Below the pieces are notes generated by a model that had not been told where the DNA came from, searched no databases, and was given only the letters and a program-made list of their open reading frames with translations. 64,000 bases of DNA from Candidatus Altimarinota bacterium (GTDB lineage Bacteria > Patescibacteriota > Gracilibacteria > CAIRYL01). The stretch spans positions 1-64,000 of the forward strand of contig OZ252287.1 in NCBI GenBank assembly GCA_965250085.1, given 5' to 3'. Of the stretch, positions 38,425 through 48,317 are shown one piece after another. Numbering within the stretch: position 1 is the first letter of the stretch; each line of letters starts with the position of its first letter. A program made the translations under genes and the position numbers.

Positions 38425-41013
38425 ATGACTAATAAAACATTTTTCACAGCACTTTTCTCACTTGTACTCTTTTTTTCCTTCGCAGACAGCGTCCTTGCAC
38501 TAACCTTTACGGCAAACGATATTACTGGAGATAACACCAATACCACATGGGACGCTGTTATGGGTGACGTCAATGGCGATACCTATCTTGATATTTATGT
38601 CGCTAATTTTGGTCAAAACAAACTCTGGATCAACGACGGTGCAGGAAATTTCACGGCAATGGACATTGCTGGAGATACAAAATCTGCACAAGATGCGGTG
38701 ATGGGTGACGTCAATGGCGACACCTATCTTGATATTTATGTGGCAAACGATGATGGACAAAACAATCTTTGGATTAACGATGGCGCAGGCAACTTCACAG
38801 CAATGGACATCACTGGAGATGCGGTAAACTCAGCAACGGCAGTCATGGGGGACGTTGATAGTGATACATATCTCGATATCTATGTTGGAAATGAAGTCGG
38901 TGTACAGAACAAACTCTGGATCAACGACGGTGCGGGAAATTTCACGGCAATGGATATCACAGGTGACACAGCTTTAGCTGAAAATGCAGTGATGGGTGAT
39001 GTCAATGGTGACACCTATCTTGATATTTACGCTGTGAATGGTGCCCAAAACAAACTCTGGATCAACGACGGTGCGGGAAATTTCACGGCAATGGATATCA
39101 CGGGGGATACAGGATCTTCACAGGTTACTGTCATGGGTGATGTAGACGGTGACACCTATCTTGATATGTATGTCGCGAATTCAAGTGGACAAAACAATCT
39201 CTGGATTAACGACGGAGCAGGCAACTTCACTGCAATGGACATCACTGGGGATACAGGTGGTTCATGGGGAGCTTCTATGGGAGATATTGACGGAGATGGT
39301 GATCTTGATATTCATGTTGCAAACTTTGGTGCACAAAACAATCTCTGGATCAACGATGGATCAGGCAGCTTCACTGCAGATAATATTACAGGTGACACGG
39401 GTAACTCTCTTCGATCGACACTAAGTGATGTAGACGGTGATGGAGGCCCGGATGTGTATGTAGGTACTTTTAGTACTGCCCAAAACCACCTCTGGCTCAA
39501 CAATTCACTCACCCTCACCCTCGAACAAGCAGGAGCACAAACCGACCCCACATCAACCGACAGTGCCACATACACTGTCACCTTTAGTGACCCAATAACA
39601 ATAGCTTCCTTCATCGCAGGAGACATAACACTCTCTGGCACCACAGGTACCGTCACCAGTGGACCAACAGAGGTAGCACCTAACGATGGTACTACCTTCG
39701 AGTTTACCGTCACCGGCATGACTGATGGAGACACGGTCACTGCAACAATAGTTGCAGGAGGTGTAGACAACGCTGGTGCCACCGACACGAACCTTGATTC
39801 CGCCAGTACGGACAACGAAGTGACATATCAAGTACCGCTCAATGTCACTCTTGAACAAGAGGGAGGTCAAAGCGATCCGACACCAGTCGACAGTGCCACA
39901 TACACCGTCACCTTTAGTGACCCAATCACGATAGCCTCCTTCATCGCAGGAGACATCACACTCAGCGGAACCACAGGTACCGTCACCAGTGGACCAACAG
40001 AGATAGCACCAAACGATGGTACTACCTTTGAGTTCGAAGTCACCGGTATGACCGACACAGACACAGTCACAGCAACAATAGCTGCAGGTACTGTCGATAA
40101 TGCTGGAGCGACCACCACGAATCTTCAGTCCACTAGCGTCGATAATGAGATAACATATATTGTGCCACCACCTCCATCTCCACCCTCATCAGGGGGAGGA
40201 GGGAGCAACAAGCGAATTCGAGAAAGCTTTTCGAATTCTCAAGAAGAATTAATGGAAGAAGACCAGCAAAGTGTGCGAGAAAATACGGAACTCAAAGAAC
40301 CAGAAAACTGTGATCTTTCCTTTATAGATATTGCAGATATTGAAGACGAAATATATATAAAAATACTCAACTGTCTGAATATTATCTCCGGAAAAAACGC
40401 AACAAATTCATCTTTTTCCCCACTTGAAAATATAACTCGTGGAGAAATTACAAAAATAGCGCTTCTTGTCGGAGGATATCTTCCTGATGCGAGTGCTACA
40501 GAAACTCCTTTTTCTGATGTCGATGGTGAAGGATGGCTGACGGCATATATTGCCCCTGCACAAAAAAAAGGAATTGTACAAGGATATGCAGATGGAACAT
40601 TTGCTCCAGAACAAGAAGTTTCCCGAGCAGAAGCTCTTGCTATATTTATTCGTGTCTTAGAAAAAAGAGAGTTTTCTTTTTCTCAGGAAGAGCCAGCTTC
40701 TTCTGATATTCCTGATGTCAAAGAAGGAAACTGGTATTATGATATGGTCCATGCTGGAGTCTCTATGGGACTTCTCAACACAGAAGAAAGAAATAAGAGA
40801 GAACTCTTTCTCCCTCACAAATCTCTCAATCGAGGGGAAACAGCCCGTTTGGCAGTTTTAGTTCTCGAACTCCTTCGTACACAAGGTTCATATCCTGGGC
40901 CTTCTCAAGAACTTGAAGGAGCTCTTTTTATAGCGGGAGACACCAAAGAAGAGCCAACTCAGGATCCCAAAGAAGTTCTGCCAAGGTATTTCCCTCCTTT
41001 TCCTGAGGGGTGA
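38425..41013 (+). CDS. secreted FG-GAP/VCBS beta-propeller + 2 Ig-like + SLH surface protein
   Basis: signal peptide; seven GDVxGDxxLDxYV...NxLWINDG repeats; two Thr-rich Ig-like repeats; PPPPS-GGGG linker; SLH motifs (ITRGE, FSDV, VSRAEA). Confidence 0.9.
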   Translation: MTNKTFFTALFSLVLFFSFADSVLALTFTANDITGDNTNTTWDAVMGDVNGDTYLDIYVANFGQNKLWINDGAGNFTAMDIAGDTKSAQDAVMGDVNGDTYLDIYVANDDGQNNLWINDGAGNFTAMDITGDAVNSATAVMGDVDSDTYLDIYVGNEVGVQNKLWINDGAGNFTAMDITGDTALAENAVMGDVNGDTYLDIYAVNGAQNKLWINDGAGNFTAMDITGDTGSSQVTVMGDVDGDTYLDMYVANSSGQNNLWINDGAGNFTAMDITGDTGGSWGASMGDIDGDGDLDIHVANFGAQNNLWINDGSGSFTADNITGDTGNSLRSTLSDVDGDGGPDVYVGTFSTAQNHLWLNNSLTLTLEQAGAQTDPTSTDSATYTVTFSDPITIASFIAGDITLSGTTGTVTSGPTEVAPNDGTTFEFTVTGMTDGDTVTATIVAGGVDNAGATDTNLDSASTDNEVTYQVPLNVTLEQEGGQSDPTPVDSATYTVTFSDPITIASFIAGDITLSGTTGTVTSGPTEIAPNDGTTFEFEVTGMTDTDTVTATIAAGTVDNAGATTTNLQSTSVDNEITYIVPPPPSPPSSGGGGSNKRIRESFSNSQEELMEEDQQSVRENTELKEPENCDLSFIDIADIEDEIYIKILNCLNIISGKNATNSSFSPLENITRGEITKIALLVGGYLPDASATETPFSDVDGEGWLTAYIAPAQKKGIVQGYADGTFAPEQEVSRAEALAIFIRVLEKREFSFSQEEPASSDIPDVKEGNWYYDMVHAGVSMGLLNTEERNKRELFLPHKSLNRGETARLAVLVLELLRTQGSYPGPSQELEGALFIAGDTKEEPTQDPKEVLPRYFPPFPEG

Positions 41014-41028
41014 GTAGTGGAGTACCTC

Positions 41029-41065
41029 AAACAAAAGGTTCAAGTCAAAAAAGATTTGAACCAAC
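41029..41065. repeat. 22-bp direct repeat, right copy, extended into a GGTTCAA...TTGAACCAAC hairpin
   Basis: exact match to 38315-38336; the hairpin resembles the REP units at 5109-5217. Confidence 0.8.
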
Positions 41066-41222
41066 CTTGAGCCAACAAAGGAGAATAGAAAACTACCTAA
41101 TCAACTTTCTGATTGTTTTTATATAATTTCCTAATTTCTTGAATTTTTTCCTAAAAGCCCTCATGTCAATTCTACTTTTCTTCTCTTTTCTTCAGTACAA
41201 TATACACCTCTCCTGATCTAAT

Positions 41223-42443
41223 ATGCTTCAACGCAGGATATCAACACCGGTTCAAATTGGGAATCTTTTCCTTGGAGGCAATCACCCTGTCGTGATCCAG
41301 TCGATGACTGATACGGATACAGCAGACGCAGATATCACTTTTGAGCAAATCAAAGAACTGGCAGATGCGGGGAGTGAAATGGTACGAGTGACAGTGATGG
41401 ATGCTGACGGAGCCAAGGCTATTCCACTGATTAAAGAACGAATGACCAAAGAAGGATATGATATCCCATTGATCGGGGATTTTCATTTTGTGGGGCACAG
41501 ACTCCTGAGTGAGCATCCAGAATGTGCTGAGGCATTGGATAAGTATCGTATCAATCCAGGGAATGTGGGGGAGGGAGATCACCATGATGAAAATTTTTCT
41601 CAAATTCTCAAGATTGCACTCAAATATGATAAACCTGTTCGTATTGGTGTGAATGCTGGATCATTAGACGAAGAACTCTTTACCAGTATGACGGATGAGA
41701 ACGCACAACAAAAAAATCCGAAGTCTGATAAAGAAATATTGCGCCATGCGCTCATAGCATCAGCATTAATCTCAGAACAATTTGCACTGAATTTGGGAGT
41801 ATCAAAAAACAAAATAATTCTTTCTCTCAAAGTGTCTGATGTGCAGGATGTGGTGTGGTGTTATGAGCAGCTGGCTCAAAAGACAAGTGCCCCTCTGCAT
41901 CTGGGGCTTACAGAAGCCGGAATGGGAGATAAAGGAATTGTTGCCAGTAGCGCCGCTCTCGCAATTCTCCTCCAGCAGGGGATAGGGGACACCATTCGTG
42001 TATCTCTGACTCCAGAACCAAATGTTTCTCGAGCACGAGAAGTGGAGATTTGTAAGGTGCTTCTTCAGACGATGGGAGTTCGCTCATTTCAACCATTGGT
42101 GACTTCATGCCCCGGATGCGGACGGACCAATTCCGATTTTTTTCGCACCCTTGCGGCTGGAATAAATGCTGATATCCAAAAAAATATTCAAAATTGGAAA
42201 GCAAGATATCCGGGAGTAGAAAATCTTACCATTGCGGTGATGGGATGCGTGGTCAATGGTCCTGGTGAGTCACGCCATGTTGATATTGGAATTAGCCTTC
42301 CTGGAAAAATGGAAGACCCTCAGGCACCAGTCTATATTGACGGCAAAAAACATTCAGTCCTCAAGGGAGATAATATTGCTCAGCAGTTTCTGAATGTATT
42401 GCATGAGTATGTGAGAAGAAGGTTTGGAACAAAGGAAAGATAA
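41223..42443 (+). CDS. ispG: (E)-4-hydroxy-3-methylbut-2-enyl-diphosphate synthase
   Basis: IQSMT, RINPGN, RIGVNAGS, HLGLTEAG, GIGDTIRVSL, SCPGCGRT, MGCVVNGPGE. Confidence 0.96.
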   Translation: MLQRRISTPVQIGNLFLGGNHPVVIQSMTDTDTADADITFEQIKELADAGSEMVRVTVMDADGAKAIPLIKERMTKEGYDIPLIGDFHFVGHRLLSEHPECAEALDKYRINPGNVGEGDHHDENFSQILKIALKYDKPVRIGVNAGSLDEELFTSMTDENAQQKNPKSDKEILRHALIASALISEQFALNLGVSKNKIILSLKVSDVQDVVWCYEQLAQKTSAPLHLGLTEAGMGDKGIVASSAALAILLQQGIGDTIRVSLTPEPNVSRAREVEICKVLLQTMGVRSFQPLVTSCPGCGRTNSDFFRTLAAGINADIQKNIQNWKARYPGVENLTIAVMGCVVNGPGESRHVDIGISLPGKMEDPQAPVYIDGKKHSVLKGDNIAQQFLNVLHEYVRRRFGTKER

Positions 42444-42495
42444 TATCTGGAAACGTATGTAAAGAAGCTCTCTTTTTCTTTCTGAAGCCACAAAA

Positions 42496-42597
42496 AATGA
42501 ACCCCCTCAATCCCCCTTTTCAAGGGGGAAGTTTTTTTTATTCCTCCCTTACCACCATGCCTGACGGCAGACAGGAGGGAGGTTAGGTGGGTTTATT
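42496..42597. mobile_element. about 100-bp MITE/REP-like composite element, copy B
   Basis: near-identical to 13451-13551; 21-bp insert at 42555-42575; supplies the TAA stop of the convergent lipoprotein gene. Confidence 0.7.
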
Positions 42598-44110
42598 CTG
42601 CACTTTGCAATGCCTCCAGGCTCTCAACAGCAGGAGCATCCTCATCAATTTCTCCTTCATATTCAGGAAGATCAAATGTTTCCCATTCCGCATGTCCAGA
42701 TGGTGCAATACTGGTAGAAAATCCTTCAACAATGCCTTGCAGTGCTTCTTCAAGGGGCTGAGATTCGGTAGGAATTTCCACTTGTACAGAGTCTATTTCT
42801 TTGAATTGATATTCTGCTTGACCTTCAAATACCAGAGTGTCATTTTCGAGAATACTCAGTTCCAGATGGAGAGAATCATCTGAGTAGCTGAAATTGGGAA
42901 CCAAAATTTTAGAATCTCCTTCTGGAGTGAGAATAGTACCGGTATAACTTCTTTCTCCTGTTTTCTCAAATTCAAAATTCATAACCTGAGCGCCACTGAC
43001 GTCATGCAGGGTTCCTGATTTTTTTTGCTCTGCCCAAATTCCATTCAATACTGACGCATCTCCTACGGAGAGCGAGTATTCGACACCCTCTTTGGCAAAT
43101 GCAATTGACTCTCTCTGACTGGCTCCTTTGGGATCGAAGAGCAGTTGCATCTTCTCTGCAGTGCGGCTCATAGTGATATCACCCATCTCATTATTTCCGG
43201 CGAGAGTTCCCACAAAGTCAAAGTACTGAAAATTCTGCATGTCTACAGAAAGCACCCCTTGCGCAATAACATCTTCAGAAAATTCCTCTTCTACTCGTAC
43301 CTTGGTCTGTTCAAACTCTTCTCTTCGCACTGTTCCATCTGGATTGGTATAAAAGAACTCCGCAAGAGCGAGCACTCCATTTTTGAGAACTTCCTGGTTC
43401 AGCTCCACTTCATATTTATACATCCCATTTTCGACTGGGAGCACTTTTTTGAGTTTCCAAAGGTGAATCTTATTTATTGCATTCTGAAATCTCTTTTTTG
43501 TTTGCTGCAAAATAATATTTGGATTTTGGAAAGAATTTTGAATACGAAATCCCTCAGTCTTAGCAGAATCAGCTATGTAACCATTCAGTCCTTCAAAATC
43601 CAGGGAAAACCATTTCCCCAAGTATTCATTGGCAAAAAGTTCTACAGGAACTTGTTCTCCATTGGCATTAGCAACAAGTTTTTGGAGTGAGAGAAAAAAC
43701 TGCTGATCAACTACTTTAAAAATTATTTCCGCAAATCCACTCCCAGGCTCATTACCAGTGACCTCTGCATTCAATTGCATAGTGGATTGTCCTTGAGGAT
43801 TATTTTCATCTGTAAAATCATTGTTGCCATCCACGGTAATATTAAAGGTAAGTTGATCAAGCCCTACCACATCTTCTTGAGAAGGAGTAAGTGTTCCCGC
43901 CAAGAGAAAAGAAGTGTTGTTTTTGAGAGGGACTTCGTACTCAGGAAAGGAGGACACAATATCTTCAGTAAAAGACTTGTGCATTTTGGTCATGACTGCC
44001 TCAAAATTGGTAAATTCTTCCGCGGAAGGAGCATCGGGATCATCTTTTGAAAACCATGAGCATGCGCTCAGGAGAGAGAGTGAAAGAAGGAGAGAGAGTA
44101 TTTTTTTCAT
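42593..44110 (-). CDS. hypothetical lipoprotein
   Basis: MKKILSLLLSLSLLSAC lipobox; beta-rich body. Confidence 0.8.
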   Translation of the reverse strand: MKKILSLLLSLSLLSACSWFSKDDPDAPSAEEFTNFEAVMTKMHKSFTEDIVSSFPEYEVPLKNNTSFLLAGTLTPSQEDVVGLDQLTFNITVDGNNDFTDENNPQGQSTMQLNAEVTGNEPGSGFAEIIFKVVDQQFFLSLQKLVANANGEQVPVELFANEYLGKWFSLDFEGLNGYIADSAKTEGFRIQNSFQNPNIILQQTKKRFQNAINKIHLWKLKKVLPVENGMYKYEVELNQEVLKNGVLALAEFFYTNPDGTVRREEFEQTKVRVEEEFSEDVIAQGVLSVDMQNFQYFDFVGTLAGNNEMGDITMSRTAEKMQLLFDPKGASQRESIAFAKEGVEYSLSVGDASVLNGIWAEQKKSGTLHDVSGAQVMNFEFEKTGERSYTGTILTPEGDSKILVPNFSYSDDSLHLELSILENDTLVFEGQAEYQFKEIDSVQVEIPTESQPLEEALQGIVEGFSTSIAPSGHAEWETFDLPEYEGEIDEDAPAVESLEALQSAE

Positions 44111-44224
44111 TTCTATTGTATAAAAAGCCTGACTCAGACGGCATTTTCTCAAAAAAACAGAAACAGAGAAAGAAGAAAATGATTGCTGAAGGGGAATGGT
44201 TTCTTCTACAATCCCTTTGTTCTC

Positions 44225-44259
44225 GCCCCGGTAGCTTCCTCCTTCGGCGGACAGGCAGC
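44225..44259 (+). pseudogene. interrupted copy of the tRNA-Arg 5' end
   Basis: GCCCCGGTAGCT + 19-nt insert + CAGC, versus tRNA GCCCCGGTAGCTCAGC. Confidence 0.6.
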
Positions 44260-44304
44260 ACTGTCTAGGGCATTAACACATTAAAAACACTTCATTCACT
44301 TTTT

Positions 44305-44381
44305 GCCCCGGTAGCTCAGCTGGATAGAGCGGCACCCTTCTAAGGTGAAGGTCACAGGTTCGAATCCTGTCCGGGGTACCA
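44305..44381 (+). tRNA. tRNA-Arg (anticodon TCT)
   Basis: GCCCCGG/CCGGGGT acceptor stem, D arm GCTC..GAGC, anticodon loop CTTCTAA, GGTTCGAATCC, encoded CCA. Confidence 0.95.
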
Positions 44382-44444
44382 TTTCTAAAATCCGCAAAGC
44401 GGATTGCAGAAATGGTGTTTTGATATGATTGCAGAACCGTCTTT

Positions 44445-44556
44445 AGGTTCGTAACGAAAAACGAATCCCGTTTTACGGGATGAGTATTTAAGTCATCGAC
44501 CTCGGAGTCCGCCTGAGGCGGACGAGAATGTAAGACCATCCTGTCCGGGGTACCAT
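44445..44556 (+). repeat. duplicated tRNA-Arg 3' end, apparently split in the T loop
   Basis: ATCCTGTCCGGGGTACCAT at 44538-44556 equals 44364-44382; AGGTTCG at 44445-44451 precedes an 86-nt hairpin-rich segment. Confidence 0.7.
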
Positions 44557-44692
44557 CATTGACAAGATAAATAAAATATACAATAATATTACAAGATTTG
44601 ATCTTGAGTAGAATCTGTCAATAGGTTTTGGTACCTAGCCTACTTACCTATTCTCATCTACCCTAAAATTTGATATACTATGCAGAACGCTT

Positions 44693-45109
44693 ATGAATAT
44701 TCCAAAAAAATACAGGCAACGGCTTCCCGAGAGTTTCAACATTCTAATTCAAAAGAAAAGGGGTGGTGGACTATTTGGAATATGTCTTGATTTAGATATA
44801 GTTGCTGAATCTGAAGGAAATGATCCAGATGAGTTAGCTGCAGAAATTTTTATTATGTGCATGTCTCACGTACATAATGTGATTAAAAATAAGCTTTCAC
44901 CAGATTTATTGGATAGAAAGGCAGAAAAAGAATATTGGGACATTCTGGAAAACTATCTTTCAGACAAAATTCAGGAAATTAAAAAGCCAAGGAATCAACC
45001 AAGGTCAGTTAAATCAAAGTGGGATATAGAGGTGTATGTTGATAAGCCACTTTCTCGTTCTAAAAACTTAGTGAATGGCTTTGAAAAATTGGTGCTTCAA
45101 GGAGTTTGA
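44693..45109 (+). CDS. HicB-like antitoxin
   Basis: LFGICLDLDIVAESEG..ELAAEI resembles the HicB N-terminal fold; overlaps the next gene. Confidence 0.55.
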   Translation: MNIPKKYRQRLPESFNILIQKKRGGGLFGICLDLDIVAESEGNDPDELAAEIFIMCMSHVHNVIKNKLSPDLLDRKAEKEYWDILENYLSDKIQEIKKPRNQPRSVKSKWDIEVYVDKPLSRSKNLVNGFEKLVLQGV

Positions 45110-45392
45110 AAACTTCCTATTAGCTTGTGGATTCGAAAAATTTCCCGATGCACTGGGAAGTAGTTTTAATCATTACAACAGCCCTGACAAAAGGTGGACT
45201 ACTCGGCTAGATTTTCATGGGAACAAAGAAGTAATTCGGAGTGCTAGAATTGTGAAAAATATAATTAATAACTCAGGAATACCGGAAGCACTTTGGACAA
45301 AAAGTAAAAAAGAACTGAGAAAAATCAAAAAGGACCAAAAGAGTTTTTGGAATGATGTTTATGAAATAAGAAAAAAGAAAGGCTTAGATTAA
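45075..45392 (+). CDS. HicA-like toxin
   Basis: EFENFLLACGF...GSSFNHY...FHGNKEV...IVKNIINNSGI, a HicA-like pattern. Confidence 0.6.
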   Translation: MALKNWCFKEFENFLLACGFEKFPDALGSSFNHYNSPDKRWTTRLDFHGNKEVIRSARIVKNIINNSGIPEALWTKSKKELRKIKKDQKSFWNDVYEIRKKKGLD

Positions 45393-45638
45393 TTCTTTTA
45401 CATTTTTCTTTTCAAACTGGATTCGAATTCAGCTCGGTCATCGAACTGTATTCGAACAAAATCTTGTATTTTCTGGAAAAAATACTTATAAAGACATCAG
45501 TCACTATTCGATTATCCTCTTCCTTAAGCGATCCTTTAATTTGCCCATAAAAACAGTCAATAGCTGTAGCCATTCGTTTCGCATTGCGTACAGCCATGGG
45601 TACCACGTTCTGTGTTTTGACTCAAAAAAATATATTTC

Positions 45639-47051
45639 CTAGATAATAACATGACATCCAAGTGATTTCTTTCTTTGCAGTGCTGCTTTGGTGATTTCAG
45701 TCGCGACCAGAAGCAAGTTTTTCACTTCGGTTCCTTTGGGATGTAAATGGTGTAGCTTTTTAAGGGCCAATTTCATCCCGTTTTGATTTCGGACAACTCC
45801 CACAGATAATTGCATTGTACTCTGGATCTGTTGTCGAATTTCTTGATCTTTCTTCGTTTCAGAAACAAAGTTTATTTCCGCACTGTTCGCGCAAGAAGAA
45901 GTGGTCATCACTTCAGTCATGTTTTTTTTGCAGTATCTATAGATTTGATCGGCAAAAACCACGCCCTCAAGAAGTGAGTTACTGGCTAATCTATTTGCTC
46001 CATGTACTCCGGTACAAGCGGTTTCCCCAAGAGCAAAAAGATTCTGCAAGCTTGTTTTTCCGTGAAGGTCGGTGGCAACTCCACCACAGAGAAAGTGTGC
46101 TGCAAGGGAGATAGGAATGAGGTCGTGTGCCAGATTGAAGCCAAACGAAAGAAGATTTTCAAAAATCATAGGAAACTCTTTTTCCAATTTACGTTCGGCT
46201 CTCTGTCTAAAATCGAGAAATACTTTTTTCCCCTGAGAAAGATTTTCAAAAATACTTCTTGCCACGATATCTCGCGCGGCAAGTTCATCTACAAATTGGT
46301 TCTCGTCTTCATCCACAATCTTTGCCCCTGCTCCACGCAAGGCTTCGGATAAGAGAAACAGTGGGTCTCGCGGCATATCAAGTGTTGTGGGATGAAACTG
46401 CACAAACTCCATATCCTTCAGCTCAGCGCCGGCACGCGCGGCAATAGCCATCCCATCTCCAGTGATAATACTGGGATTGGTTGTTTTTTCATATGCCTGT
46501 CCGGCTCCACCAGTAGCAAGGATTGTACATTTGGCGAAACAGGAAGAATTTTTTCCATTTTGAAAAAAATATATTCCACAGACATGTCCATTTTCTGCTA
46601 TAAGATCAGTAGCAAATGCGTTTTCCACGAGTTTTATTTTTTTGTTTTTTACAACTTCATCAGACAAAATTTCCTGTACTACACGTCCCGTCTCATCAGC
46701 TACGTGAAAAACACGAGCATAGGTATGACCGCCTTCTCGGTGGAGTGAAAAATCGAACTCTACTCCCCATTTTTGCAAATCCTTTAACGCTTTTTCTCCA
46801 TTCTCAACAAGTAATTTTACAGCATTTTCATCATTATGATGTGCTCCAGCTTTCATTGTGTCGCGAAAATGATTTTCTGGAGAATCTTTCTCAGGGTTTG
46901 TCACCCCGGCGATTCCACCTTGAGCAAGTCCTGTAGATCCTGAAGTGACACCTTTTTTTGTCAGAATGACGACTTCCCCAAGTTCAGAAAGCTTCAGAGC
47001 GAGTGACAGGCCAGCAATGCCAGAGCCAATTATGAGAAAGTCCGTTTGCAC
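45639..47051 (-). CDS. nadB: L-aspartate oxidase
   Basis: GSGIAGL, AQGGIA, EGGH, QFHPT, SEALRG, GVHGANRLASNSLLEG; GTG start chosen. Confidence 0.92.
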   Translation of the reverse strand: MQTDFLIIGSGIAGLSLALKLSELGEVVILTKKGVTSGSTGLAQGGIAGVTNPEKDSPENHFRDTMKAGAHHNDENAVKLLVENGEKALKDLQKWGVEFDFSLHREGGHTYARVFHVADETGRVVQEILSDEVVKNKKIKLVENAFATDLIAENGHVCGIYFFQNGKNSSCFAKCTILATGGAGQAYEKTTNPSIITGDGMAIAARAGAELKDMEFVQFHPTTLDMPRDPLFLLSEALRGAGAKIVDEDENQFVDELAARDIVARSIFENLSQGKKVFLDFRQRAERKLEKEFPMIFENLLSFGFNLAHDLIPISLAAHFLCGGVATDLHGKTSLQNLFALGETACTGVHGANRLASNSLLEGVVFADQIYRYCKKNMTEVMTTSSCANSAEINFVSETKKDQEIRQQIQSTMQLSVGVVRNQNGMKLALKKLHHLHPKGTEVKNLLLVATEITKAALQRKKSLGCHVII

Positions 47052-47154
47052 ATATGGATTGTGACGGAAAGAGGTTTTTTTTGCATTCAAAATTTAAAAT
47101 TTATAATTCAAAATTTACAACGTATACTCTCGGAGGAGTTTCTACTTGGTTTTT

Positions 47155-48285
47155 ATGAGTGTAAGACGCAAAATTATTTGGCTTGACCCCGCAGATTTTC
47201 TTGGCGGAGCAGAAATGTTTTCACTGGACGTATTACCATATCTTGCTGAGGATTTTGAAATTACGGTGCTTACTGGAGAAAAAAACATACACCAGTTTTC
47301 GGGTCATTACGCGGTGGAAACATTTTCTTTCTCACGCCTTAAGCCCATTACACCTGTACGTATTTTTCAATTTTTCCAAGCGACAAAAAAACTGAGGAAA
47401 TATATTGAAAAAGCTGGTAAAAAATTTGATCTCGTACACACCAATTCCATTCGCGCTCACATCCTCGCATCCCAAGCGATCAAAAAAATACCACCACTGC
47501 GCAGACCAAAGCTCTCGTTCTTTGTTCATGACTTTACTTTTCCTGCATGGGCAGTTAAGCGATATGCTTCTAGTGCCAACCTCATTTGCGCTTGTTCTCA
47601 AGGGGTAAGAAATGATTTGATCCAAAAAGGCGCTTCTGAAAAAAAAATCAGTGTTATTCCAAATGGGGTCGATCTGAAAAAATTTCAAAACACCTCTCAG
47701 AAGAGTTTTGATGAGAAGCACCCCATACTTGGTATCATCGGACGACTTGATATTTGGAAAGGTCAAGATATTTTTTTGCAATCTGCAAAAATACTTCTGA
47801 ATGAATACCCTGATGCTCAGTTAAAATTTTTTGGAGAAAGCTCATCTCATGATCCCAAAACAGTGCAGTTTGAAAAGAAGCTCAGGGCATTTGTCTCTGA
47901 AAATAATCTTTCAGAAAATGTAGAATTTTGCGGCTTTGTACCCGTAGAACACGCTCTGAGTCAGATAGATATTCTCATTCATTCCAGTACAGAGGCAGAG
48001 CCTTTTGGTCGGGTGATTATAGAAGCACTCGCCATTGGAGTACCTGTTGTTGCGAGCAATTTCGGAGGACCTTCTGAAATTCTTACCGATAGGAAAAATG
48101 GACTTCTCGTAACTCCTGGAGATCCTGATGCCTTGGTACAAGCCATAAAGAGCCTTCTCACGGATGCAGCACTCAGAGCACAGTTTGGAGAAAAGGGAAA
48201 AGAGCTTGTCCGCAAAAGATACACTGTAGAAACAACATGCCACCAAATCAAAGAAGGCTGGGAATCTGTTTTGCAATGCCTGTAA
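47155..48285 (+). CDS. GT4 glycosyltransferase
   Basis: GGAE, IPNGVD, KGQ, EPFGRVIIEA. Confidence 0.92.
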   Translation: MSVRRKIIWLDPADFLGGAEMFSLDVLPYLAEDFEITVLTGEKNIHQFSGHYAVETFSFSRLKPITPVRIFQFFQATKKLRKYIEKAGKKFDLVHTNSIRAHILASQAIKKIPPLRRPKLSFFVHDFTFPAWAVKRYASSANLICACSQGVRNDLIQKGASEKKISVIPNGVDLKKFQNTSQKSFDEKHPILGIIGRLDIWKGQDIFLQSAKILLNEYPDAQLKFFGESSSHDPKTVQFEKKLRAFVSENNLSENVEFCGFVPVEHALSQIDILIHSSTEAEPFGRVIIEALAIGVPVVASNFGGPSEILTDRKNGLLVTPGDPDALVQAIKSLLTDAALRAQFGEKGKELVRKRYTVETTCHQIKEGWESVLQCL

Positions 48286-48317
48286 TTGGACTATAATGCG
48301 TCCACTTTGTGTCACAT

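Noticed and set aside
38500-39500. Regularly spaced repeats suggesting a CRISPR array or DGR template/variable repeat
   Set aside because: They are in-frame coding FG-GAP repeats; no cas or reverse transcriptase genes, and differences are not adenine-specific
44273-44539. 88-aa ORF over the tRNA
   Set aside because: Antisense translation of tRNA-Arg and its flanking repeats
45412-45606. 64-aa ORF and a GGATTCGAA motif as a possible second att site or tRNA remnant
   Set aside because: Match to the tRNA is too short, no cloverleaf, and the ORF has no recognisable motif
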